NCBI GenBank assembly: GCA_001662655.1
Contig: KV460246.1
Origin: Pseudogymnoascus verrucosus
Taxonomy: Eukaryota
Strand: one strand, 5' to 3'
Length of the DNA: 64,000 nt
Under the pieces are notes generated by a model. The model saw only the letters and a program-made list of their open reading frames with translations, searched no databases and was not told the DNA's origin. Position numbers and translations under genes: made by a program. Below, piece by piece: positions 24,829-35,336 of the stretch. The first letter of the stretch is position 1, and each line of letters starts with the position of its first letter.

Positions 24829-25000
24829 GTCAGGCTACCGAGCACTGGAATCCGTCGTGTCTTCATAGTGGGCGTAGTTTTTAACATCGAAAGACATGTT
24901 TGAATCTCATGTTTATATAAGCCGAGAAGATGGCCTGTCGACTACTTTTTGCATCTTCAAATCTATCAACTCTCGCGATATTTAGCGGTCTTTTCAAAAC

Positions 25001-25519
25001 ATGCATTTCTTCAAGATTTTAATGCTTGTAGCTATCCATCTTGGGCTTGCGTCAGCTCAGAAGCATTTGGTTAGCATTACGCCCCTTGCACCCTTTGAAT
25101 GGGAAGTCTAATATATAATAACCCTCTAGGGTGATTTATACAAGGATGAATCTTGTGGTGGCAAGGGAGCCAGATCCCTCGACGAAAATGCCTGCACTAT
25201 TATGTCTGATATGAAGAGTAACCCCCCGCATCCAAACTCCATCTATCCAGTACCTTCACTAACGCAACCGACTACATATCTATTAATTTTGTGGGCAATA
25301 ACCTGCTGTGCTATTGCTACGGGTATGTTTCTTCTTAGTACCAGCATCCGCCACTCACCTTATTTGCCGACCTCGCTATACAGCAATGAGGATTGCACCG
25401 ATACTCTCGCCATTAGGCGTGAAGACGATATAGGTCAAGGATGTAATGACTTTGGAATAAACTGGGCGACAGTGCAACCCGAGTGGCCGTATAAGTCGCT
25501 CAAATGTTTTGGAAGCTAG
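25001..25519 (+). pseudogene. Small secreted Cys-rich protein, copy 1 (intron-2 splice sites degenerate)
   Basis: Signal peptide MHFFKILMLVAIHLGLASA. Exons are homologous to copy 4. The intron-2 donor reads GA (25216) and the acceptor reads CAT (25275-25277). Confidence 0.65.
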
Positions 25520-26162
25520 CATAGGGACAGCAATGAGCATAGACAATAGGTCTGGTCCACATCATGTGGATGGAGTTATGGTGGTGGTACTAGAAAGTTG
25601 AAGACTACAAGCTGAGATTATAGAAGAGCTATAGGTAGAATCTCAAATAACACAGTGGCTGTTCACTTTATGGAGACGGACCAACAACAGCGTGAAGTGA
25701 ACGATTCTTTGATGAAACAACCAGATCTTCTGGTGCACACCTTGGTTTTATAGGACAGACGTATGTGGTAGTTTCAGTTCAGTAGCAACGTTGCTGCTTG
25801 ATCTCAGAGATATTTCTTAGAGCGTCTCGTTATAGTCGTGCAATGTCACACGAGGAATCGCTAGGCTTCTCTTTGCGTCGCTACTGTCTTTAAGGAAATG
25901 GTAGGAGCGCGACATGATTAGTTGCGCTGAAACAAATTACCGCCTCTTCTAAGATTCAGCTTCTCCGGATGCAGTAGTTACGCAGCCAAATCCAAACCAA
26001 TTGTCAGTATTGTAGGTAAAACACGGTGGTATCTGGTGTCTACATAAGCTGAGACGATTTCCCATTGACATCTCTCTGCATCTCCAACTTGATCTATCAA
26101 CTCTCTGCATTTTCAACTCGATCTATACGTCCCTCTCAAATATTTGACTGACTTTTCCAAAC

Positions 26163-26659
26163 ATGCATTTCTTCAAGACGTCAATGCTCCTGGCCATCCC
26201 TCTTGGGCTTCTGTCAGCTGCACCGGGTGATTAGATCGTTAGTATCTAGCCGCCCCTCAACCATTTTAATAAGAAAGCCAATACAAACTCTACCAGGGCT
26301 ATCTGTATGATTATCTAAGATGCTTTGGAAGTAGCGCGACCATAATCGACTCAGGTTGCGTCACCTTTAAACCAACTACTCCCCAGTATGAACCCCTACA
26401 TAAAACTACTATTGACAAATCCTACTATCCTGGCTTATCGTTGGATATATCCAGTTTACTACAGCTGTCTATTGCGAACATTTCGCGTATGTTTTATCTC
26501 TAGCTATCTGCATTTCTGCTTTTTCTAATACAATCCCCCTCTAGTCTTGGCTGTTGCCCGCCAACTGATGGCTATACATTGAAGAAAATTGAAGGGTGCT
26601 ACGACGTTATACCCGAGTCAACTCCCCATTCGATTAGATGTCACAAGAGGGAAAACTAG
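26163..26659 (+). pseudogene. Small secreted Cys-rich protein, copy 2
   Basis: Signal peptide MHFFKTSMLLAIPLGLLSA. In-frame TAG at 26232-26234 and an intron-2 acceptor reading GG (26443-26444). The remaining exons align with copy 4. Confidence 0.75.
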
Positions 26660-27133
26660 GTTTATCTATGTACGCAGGCAGAAAGATGGTTAATGAAGAG
26701 GGGCTAAGTGCAGTGACAGCTATTACCATGGGGAGAAGGCAGCTAGGCTTACAGGGGAGTCATAGGGTCTAAAATGCCAGAATTTGCCAAGGCAAACGCC
26801 AAACGGGCCAACCAGCTCTTCTTTTTCATGTCTTAATTCAGTAGCACATGTCTACGCGTCAGTTTCACATCAGCAGCAAAGTTGCTAGTAGAATCGCAAA
26901 GACGTTACCAATAGCATCTCTCTTGCGGACCAACTCTAAAGCTGCTGATCTTTTGATACAACGTTGTTGGCTTCCGAAAACGTCAGAGTATAGATTCAGC
27001 TCCTCTACCACGTTTATATAACATATCGAGCAGAGATGGATATATAAGGTGGACTGGTGCCCCATCGACCCCTCTCCCATCTCCAAACTTTGCACCTCAA
27101 ACTTCTTAGTATTGAACGGATTTTCCAGACACG

Positions 27134-27625
27134 ATGCACTTCTCCAAGACTTTAATGGCTGTGGCTATCGTCCTTGGGCTTGCTTCGGCCGAGAAGAATC
27201 CGGTCAGTGCTGCGTCCCCCATACACTGTACATAAGAGGGCTAATATAGTTATCCATAGGCTTTTCTATACACCGAGGAAGATTGCACTTGGGTTTATAA
27301 CTGAAGTTGCCCGCCGCGGTGTCTGTACCACAATTGATGGTGCGAAGTATGGACGCTCTTGTCCCAACACCAATATACATATTGATCCCTACTAATGCAT
27401 CTAATCATAGATCTATTAGCCTCGATGGTGATGCGTTAACCTGCTTGGCTTACCCGTAAGTCTCTATCCCTCGACATTACTACCGGCCACGCAAACCCCA
27501 TCCTCTAATCCTAGTATAGCGGCAATGATTGCAGCTTCAGCCATATTAGTATCACAGTGGCAGAAGGATGTACTTCCTTGACGACGGATGACTGGCAAAC
27601 CGTTGGATCCATCTTATGCTCTTAA
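27134..27625 (+). pseudogene. Small secreted Cys-rich protein, copy 3 (single +1 frameshift)
   Basis: Signal peptide MHFSKTLMAVAIVLGLASA. All three introns are canonical. An extra T near 27289-27290 gives TGA at 27302-27304; removing it restores a six-Cys protein. Confidence 0.75.
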
Positions 27626-28195
27626 CTGGGTGGGTCGGATTAGGGGTGGATGTCAACAGATGGTGGTTGTGAACGGGCAGAGGAAGGTCATGATGGTCGT
27701 TGGTTTGTTTTCAGGGCTCGGAAGCTGGCAGGTGAGGTTGTGGAGGAGTCGCAGTTAGTATCTAAAATGCTAGGATTTACCGCGGAAAAAGCTAGACGGG
27801 GCGCTCAACTCCTCTCCTGTATGTTATTTGTATTTGGTCTCACAAGACAGGCTTGCGTGCTGGTTTCAGTTCAGCACCGAAGCTTCCGCCAGATCGCTAA
27901 AGGTATTGCTGAAAACGTCTTTTTATTGAGTAATTGTGATACTATATACTATCGATCTTTTGTTAGGGCGTTGACTTAAAGCAAATTTGCAGTCAGTAAG
28001 TCTTATTTGTAAGCACATTCAGCTGAGATGAGTATATAAAGTAGACCCGTGCCCCATTGACACCCTCTTCTCCTTCATCAACTTCTTCACTTTTACAACT
28101 ACTTCGCCTTTATCAACTTCTTTACTTTCATCATCTCCTTTGCCTTCATCTCCTTTGCCTTCATCAGCTTTAGTATTAAGCAAGCTTTCTACACT

Positions 28196-28708
28196 ATGCA
28201 TTTCCTTAAGATTTCAATGCTCTTGGCCATCCCCCTTGGGTTTGCGTCAGCTGCACCAGGTGATGATATAGTCAGTACTTCGCCTTACCAACCTTTTAAA
28301 ATAAGAATGCTATTATAAGCGCTATTAGGGCTTTTTACATGATAGTGGCTCTTGTAACGGAAACAACATCATCGTAAAGGACTCAGATTGCATTCCTTTC
28401 CCAAACACGACACCTACTACCAAGTATGAGCCCTACACGAAACCACTCGTCGACAAACTACCACTAACCTACTTAACTCTAGTTCCATTAATTTCACTAC
28501 AGATGTTTCTTGTACCTATTACCTGTAAGCCTCGCCTCACACTCAGCTGTCAATATATGGCTTTTGTTTGCTAAGACGCTCCTTATATAGTAATAGCGAC
28601 AACTGCACGTCAGACCAAACTATCGACTGGCAGGGAGGGGTTGCATGCTACGATGTGCCCTACAACACGGATCCTCTTTCGCTCAAGTGCACCAAGCTCA
28701 CAAACTAG
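28196..28708 (+). CDS. Small secreted six-Cys protein, copy 4 (intact, 109 aa); exons 28196-28270, 28329-28423, 28483-28524, 28591-28708
   Basis: Spliced product MHFLKISMLLAIPLGFASAAPGDDIGFLHDSGSCNGNNIIVKDSDCIPFPNTTPTTNSINFTTDVSCTYYLNSDNCTSDQTIDWQGGVACYDVPYNTDPLSLKCTKLTN. GT-AG introns lie at the same positions and phases as in the paralogs. TATATAAA near 28033. Confidence 0.82.
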
Positions 28709-31141
28709 CTCGGTGGTAGCCATTGTCAGTAGGAGAGGACAGATGAGACTATGGGGGATTCGTAGTTACTATCTCAAATAACAGAACTTGCAAGAGTTAA
28801 ATTCTCAACGTGGCAGCAAGCTGCCCTCTCCTATATGTTATTTGGTCTCACAAGACAGGCTTGCGTGCCGGTTTCAGTTCAGCACCGAAGTTTCAGCAAG
28901 ATCGCTACGGAATTACCTATACCGCTTCGCTGGGGTTCGCGAAATGTCTCACGAGAATTTGGTCTAGATGTCTATTCGTGATGTTTAATAAATAATAACT
29001 AGGAGTGCGGCGTGATTAGGTTTGATGAGGCCTGATTAGCGTAGGTTCTGATGTTCAGCCTGTCGAGATGCGATGCTATTGAGTGAGGTATGGTGGAACG
29101 TGGATTACTATAGCTGAGTGTAGAACCAATTGTTGGTATTGGATGTGAGACATTATTCTAGACGATATCTGTATGCTTCTCCTCAGACCCAGGTGAGGTT
29201 TATTGGTGCTTCGGAATCCATTGTGCAAATCACGAAGTAAGATAAAGGCAGGAAGGGTTCAACGATCCCGCTGTCGAATCGCAAACTGCCACAGTATTAA
29301 ATCTCAATTCAGACGATAAGGAGCAAAAAGATAGCCAGGTAAATCGATATCGTCAGAGTGGACCTCTCCTTATTACCCAGCCGGGTATTAGTGAGTGATT
29401 AATATCAATTTCCCCCTCGACACGTTGAGGTTCATTAACTATAACCACATGGAGACGTGTCGTGGTTGGGCTTGACGTCATCGCTGTTTGATCTTATCGA
29501 TCTTATCGCGATGGGGGAGAAGCTGAGCTATTTGTGCGACGACGACGGAAAGACATTGGGACGTGCTTCCAACGCTCATCAGCCATTGATCAGGCTCGTA
29601 TTGCAATTAGTAGATTGATGCTCAAGAATACATACTGTATATGCATCCCATTATACTCAAATGACTCCATCCCAACTCCTACACTCCGTGCCAAAACACC
29701 TCAAGCTCCAGCCCACCACACAGTCCCCAAGCACGCACCACCCGCGCACTCCCCTCTCACCCAAGCACTGCTCACCCACGTATCCGGGCCAAAGGTATAG
29801 TAAGGTGGGGCGGGGGAAAACGGCCCTAGAGCAGACGCGGTACAGTATACAAGGGTGCGAGGGTCCTCTTGGTCCTTTAGCGTCCTCAGGCAACAAAACA
29901 AGCGGTCATCGTGATTCAATACTGTCGATGCTGCTGGAGTGAGAGGGTTCTGAGTCAAGGTGGCTAATCCGAATGTGGGAAGGCGTAGGGAGTAGAGCTG
30001 GCGATTGGGACCCACTCTGCACCAGCACCCACCCCTCAATTTATGTGGGTCGCTGAGGTCGAAAAGGCGGGGGAGGGTCGTGTGCTTTGGTGAGCTGGGG
30101 ATGGGGGGGTTTGGGGGTTGAGGGTGTTTGTATGGGTGTTGTATGGTGATTGCGTGATGTTATAAGGGTGTTTGTATAGGTGTATATATAGGTGTCTATA
30201 TGGGTGATTGTACTGAAACAGTATTGCAACTGTACTGCCAGTAAATAGAATCCCATCAATGCGAACAAACGGCATAGAATTGACTGTACCGTACTAAACA
30301 GCATAACATCATCGCCACCCCACCCAATACACACATACATTCCAATGCACCCTCCCTTTGTCCCTCTGCACACCTACCTACTGGTGCCTCTCCTCCTCCC
30401 CCAATAATAACCAATTGACTCACACAAAACCGTGCTCACATGACCTCCCTACCTCCGTCCTTGCACCCAGACCTAATAGGTCTCAGGTACTTGAACAGGT
30501 ACAGGTTAAAGCTTTGTGGAGGTGTACGAGGGGGATTTTGGGTGGTTTGGTGCAGTTTGGTGCAGTTTGGTGGGGACATGTCATCACCTCGCTCTCTCAC
30601 GCGATCACTGTGATCACGGCCCCGGTCTGTATGGAGTCTGTATCCTTCCATCGGCTGTAACCCGGGAGGAGGTACTGGGGACTTTAGCTCAACAACCAAC
30701 GATAACCTCCAATAGAGCTTCAATCCGTTCCATGGTAACTTATAGTATATAGTATAAGTATATAACCGGCACTTCCTTCCCATTCGCAGTTGCTATCTCT
30801 ATAACCTCTTTTCTTTGTACCAATACACACATACAAGTATCCCATACCCAGACATACACACAACATACTCAGACATACCTCCAAAGGCGTCTTCCGCTCA
30901 ACCACCACCACCACCCCGGCTCGCCTCCACCTCCTATACACACGCAGCACCACCTCACCCCTCAACGTCAGCCTCCATAACTCATCCCCTCCTTCTTACC
31001 CTTCTACTGCTTCAATCAGAACAACTCCGACTAGAAACAATCAACATACATCAGACGAAGCGAATCCAATTGATTTTCCATCTCCACCCTGATACTATAC
31101 TCACAATACACGAAACAGATCTCCCAACACCCTTCTCAATC

Positions 31142-31905
31142 AGTAAGTTGCACCACGTTTGTCCTGATGAGTGAGCTGGGTGACACAACGCCGAGGAGTT
31201 CCACCTCATCTTGATCCCCAAGCAGCTTCATCGACATCCAGAGAAGTCTCGAGGAGTGCAGAGCTGTGCTTGAAACGAGAGTGGAAACAGGTAGCTAACA
31301 ACCTTATCAACAGTGACTCGATCCCACAAGCTCAACGACCGCGACCACGCGGGTCTCGCTGATGGCACTGCGAGTGCTGAGGAGCATCTACCACGCTACT
31401 TTGCCAAGGCAGGTCATGTTGATGCTGATCCGAAGAAGACGAAGAAGAATGGTGGTGGTAGAGGAAACTGGTAAGCTTATCCACATCCCTCTCTCTCTCT
31501 TGCCGTCCATCTCTCCCTCCTTTCAATCCCTCCCTGCCTCCCTCCCTTCCTCCCTCCAACCCAACCCACCTCCTTCGTCCTTCCCTCCAACTCCCCCTCC
31601 ATCTTCAAAAACCCCACACTAACACACCACCCACCCACAGGGGCATCGACGGCGAAGAAATCCAAGACGAAGGCTTCAACATCACCAACGCCCGCCGCCG
31701 CTCCAACAGCTCCTCCTACGCCGCCGGCCTCAAAGATTTCAAGACCAAATTCGAGCAATTCGAACCCGACCCAGTGTTCGAGGAGGACATCCACGGCGCG
31801 CGCCCCGAGGACGATATGGAGGGTGCGAGTCGGGTTACGACGGCTGAGAGCTCGGAGAGTGGAGGGAGTGTTGCGGATGAGGAGGGGGGAAAGAAGGGGA
31901 TTTAG
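31142..31905 (+). CDS. STF2/TMA10-like small hydrophilic stress protein; start codon split by intron 31143-31313, second intron approx. 31471-31640
   Basis: Spliced product begins MTRSHKLNDRDHAG and contains PRYFAKAG..DADPKKTKKNGGGRGNWG..G.E...NARRRSNSSS, the Stf2/Tma10 signature. Confidence 0.82.
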
Positions 31906-32446
31906 ATGAAGAGGTGGGCTGCTAGTCCTCACGCACATGTGGGAATGGGGTTCTCGCGTGTGTTTTTTCTGCTGGTCGGACTGGATGAATGGATATGTCT
32001 GCTGGTGGACGGGGGGCACGGCTTATAGCCTGGTTTTGAGTGATGGACAGAGAGGAAGCGGATGGATGAAGAGGAATTGTAACACTAGAACTACGTTGAT
32101 GATAGCTCTCAAAGCAAGATGCATTGCTCAGTAACCCGCCTGCCTCCCATCTCGCCATGAATCCGCGTGCTGCACTCCCACTTTCAACGGGGCTGGAAGG
32201 GGAATGACAGCTCGGTGTAACGATATGAAAATAACTCAACTCTCCTGTACCCTCTCACCCTCTCGTCATCTCCCGTCCACAACGGCCTGGTGCAATTGTG
32301 TTCCAAATAACCCCGCCTTCTCGAACTCGACCGCCTGGGCGTACAGAGGCACAAACACCGGCTTACCCCGCATCCAATACAGCTTTGTCGTTGCACCACC
32401 ACTGCTGTCTACTGGTGATACTGTAGTCGTACCGTATTATGCCATA

Positions 32447-32486
32447 CAATCCAATCCAATCCAATCCAATCCAATCCAATACAATC
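32447..32486 (+). repeat. (CCAAT)6 pentanucleotide microsatellite
   Basis: Six perfect CCAAT units at 32451-32480 with imperfect flanking units. Confidence 0.95.
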
Positions 32487-32743
32487 ACCTCCCCACACCC
32501 ACAGACCGACGTCCGTCGAGAACCGCCGCCTCCTCGGTCGGCTTAGGCTATGCCATTCGGGGATTGCGGAAGTGGGGCAAGGCTGACGAGCCGCGGTGTT
32601 CTCATATCCCCCCGCGTTTCCCCCCACTATATATGTTCCCCTATCTATATTTTAACAACAGCACAACACACAACTTCACATATACCGCATATACCGCATA
32701 ATTTACGCAGTTTGAAGGAATTGAAAAAGAGAGGATAGGAAAG

Positions 32744-34009
32744 ATGCCATATGAACTTAAGGGTCGTAACGTCCTCGTGACGGGGGGTTCGCGGTATGTT
32801 TTGTCATCTTTTTATCTCTCAGCTCGGGCCGGTGGTCGGCTGCGATTGTGACCTTGCGGGGTATCCAGCACCAGCACCTCCCTCTCAACACCACGATTTG
32901 GACTCACAACCCCAAACTGGACGTGGACTAATTACTACGCATGAACAAAAGTAGCTAACACCCCCCAAGCGGCCTAGGCGCACTCATCTGCGACAAATTC
33001 GCCAAAGAAGGCGCGAACCTAGTCATCAACTACGTGTCCAGCGCCGCGGCCGCTGAGGAGATCGCGAAGACGATTGAGAAGGAGTATGGAGTCAAGGCTT
33101 TTGTGGTGCAGGGGGATATGGGGCTCGAAGCCGATTGCGTGAGGGTTGTTGAGGAGTCGATTGCGAAGTTGGGGGGGTTGGATGTGATTATTTCGAATGC
33201 CGTTTGTCCTCCCATTCCCCCCCCCCCTTTTCCCCCTATCAACCGGGATCAAAACTGTAAGATTGTTTGCTGACCGTTGACATGGGATCCCACAGGGCTG
33301 GACGCGCTTCTCCTCCATCCACGACCTCCACGCCACCACCGCCGCCGACTGGGACACCTGCTACGCCGTCAACGTTAAAGCGCAGAACTACCTCCTTCGC
33401 ACCGCCTTGCCAACTTTCAACGCGAACCCCGAGGGCGGATCGTTCATCATGACCTCGTCGATTGCGGGGATGGCGGTGTCGGGGAGCAGCTTGCCGTATT
33501 GTGTGACGAAGGCGGCGCAGTTGCAGTTGATGAGGGTGTTTGCGGCGAGTCAGGGGCCGAAGGTTAGGTGTAATGCGGTTTGTCCCGGGTTGCTTTTGAC
33601 GGAGTGGGTGAGTAATGTGTTTTCTTTTTGCTTGGGTGGGGGCTGTTTGAAGGGGGGGAAGGTGGAGGAAGGGGTGGGGTGGAAAAGGGGGGAAGGATGT
33701 TATGATGCTAATATGTGAATGCAGGGCCAGAAATACCCTGAGGCGACAATCAAGTTCATGGAGGAGAGGGCGTACTTGAAGAAAGTGGTGAGTTATCCAA
33801 GATCAAGTCAGGAAGAAGCTGTGTTGATGAGTGGATAGACGGACCTTGAAGACTGCGCGCAGTCATTCATAGATACTGCACGGAACTCGTCCATGACGGG
33901 CCAGAAGATCGTTGTTGGTGAGTTTTCCCTTCCATTTCTGTGTCTGGGATGGGTGAAATGGGGACTTGAGCTGATGATGGTGGTAGATTCCGGGTTGTCG
34001 CAGTTATAA
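32744..34009 (+). CDS. Classical short-chain dehydrogenase/reductase, 6 exons
   Basis: VLVTGGSRGLG, DVIISNAG, TSSIAG, YCVTK (YxxxK), RCNAVCPG and MTGQKIVVDSG. Confidence 0.9.
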
Positions 34010-34524
34010 GGTGGGCGATGAGCTGGAAGGAGTGGACAGAGAGAGGAGATGATGAGAGGTGGATCGTTTTGGACGAAGGTAAAATACTAGACGTTTACAG
34101 AAAATGGAGACTTTCCAGCTCGAGTACGGCTCCATTCTCAAGAATGACGTGAAGGATGTGATTTCCAAAAATACCAATATAGAAAGAGTATATAAAACCC
34201 GTTTCCCTCCAATTCATCCCAGACCAACTTCATTACGATGGACTCCAATACTATACGGGAGCGGAGGTTCTTCGGCAGAACTTAGGGCGCGTGTTTACCC
34301 AGCACGTAGCAAACCGTTCGAGCCAAACCACAGAGTTGCCTAACACAATTTCGCCGCCGTAATTCCTGTTGTTGCCGTTGTTTCTCGTTAGCGCTTTACT
34401 GCTGCCGAGCTATTCTCGCCGTCGGCCGCCTGTTCTCACCGACCGCAGTTTCCACTACCATACAAGTATACGAGCCGTAAGATGCCAACTTGGAACCAAA
34501 GAGGAGTGCGGTCGTTGACCATGA

Positions 34525-34610
34525 AACGTAAAAGGAAGCATATGCCTGATGCCACCATCCGATCAGTCTGGATTGAGGAATTTATCCCTGTACAGATGGG
34601 GGTTTCTAAT
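34525..34610 (-). pseudogene. Relic of the 5' part of the F-box-like gene at 38796-40334
   Basis: Translates HLYRDKFLNPD*SDGGIRHMLPFTF, versus HLYRHIFLDSDCPDGGIRHMLPFAF in the intact gene. Confidence 0.8.
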
Positions 34611-35336
34611 ACATATATAGTTGGTGATGTAAAAATCCAATCATCGCCCTGATCTTCCGAGTCTGAAATCTGCTTGGCCGCTCGACTTAGTATATATTCA
34701 AAAATATGCGATCATTATAGAGCTGAAACATTTAAAAATTGTTTATTAACACACTTCACAATACTAGTCCTTGCGACTTACGATACCACATCGAAGAAAA
34801 GCTTAATATAATAATACACCTCTCGCATTCGTATTATAAGTGTGAATCAAAGAATGAATACACCAAAATACAGTGCAGAAAGAAACCCAGCCTGTTTATC
34901 TATCGGCCAGACACTATCAAATTCGTCCAAATACTCTGGTTGATAATGCCCCAATTGGGAATACCCCTGTTGGAAATACCCCAATCGAGAACACCCGCGT
35001 TGATGTGGGGTCTTTCGCGCCGATGAACCCCGACAACACCGAAGCGGATCTGCAGTAGTACGATTGGGAGCACCAGGTCGCGGAAATGTTCCACGACGCG
35101 TCAAGCAAGCTTGCGAAAGGGGAGGTGGGATGTGGGGATGGCACTCTTCCGACCCCACACATGCCATTCCTTCGGCAGATATTGCTCGACTCCATCACCT
35201 GCGCTCCACCTCAACAATAATCCCAGCTGCACGCGAGATAACATATGCCACATGCTTCCCCTCATTTCAGCATCGCTGGAGCTTCTGACATAAATCCTGA
35301 CCAGTTTTCAGTCTTATCGCTGACATTACTATCAAT

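Larger units (their letters stand above)
24900..29160 (+). repeat. Tandem array of ~1.0-1.16 kb duplicated units
   Basis: ATGs at 25001, 26163, 27134 and 28196. Shared TATA/5' leader blocks and shared 3' blocks; 27831-27882 and 28839-28890 differ at one of 52 nt. Confidence 0.85.

Noticed and set aside
25202..25519. 105-aa ORF as a stand-alone gene
   Set aside because: It is the unspliced read-through of exons 2-4 of secreted-protein copy 1.
26232..26234. TAG stops (also 15971) as A-to-I editing-corrected codons
   Set aside because: Both genes carry additional lesions (dead acceptor, frameshifts), so plain pseudogenisation is simpler.
28019..28201. Minus-strand ORF with DEGKG repeats and the related ORF at 26865-27095
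   Set aside because: Antisense reading of the pyrimidine-rich 5' leaders of array copies 3 and 4; the similarity comes from the duplication.
29200..31100. Many short ORFs in the 2-kb gap (also 51750-53100)
   Set aside because: Low-complexity C-rich/G-rich intergenic DNA with no coherent splice pattern or protein motif.
31160..31275. Possible intronic C/D snoRNA (TGATGA) in the STF2-like intron; similar TGATGA..CTGA at approx. 47239-47287
   Set aside because: The first lacks a proper D box and terminal stem. The second is too short and has no recognisable rRNA guide.
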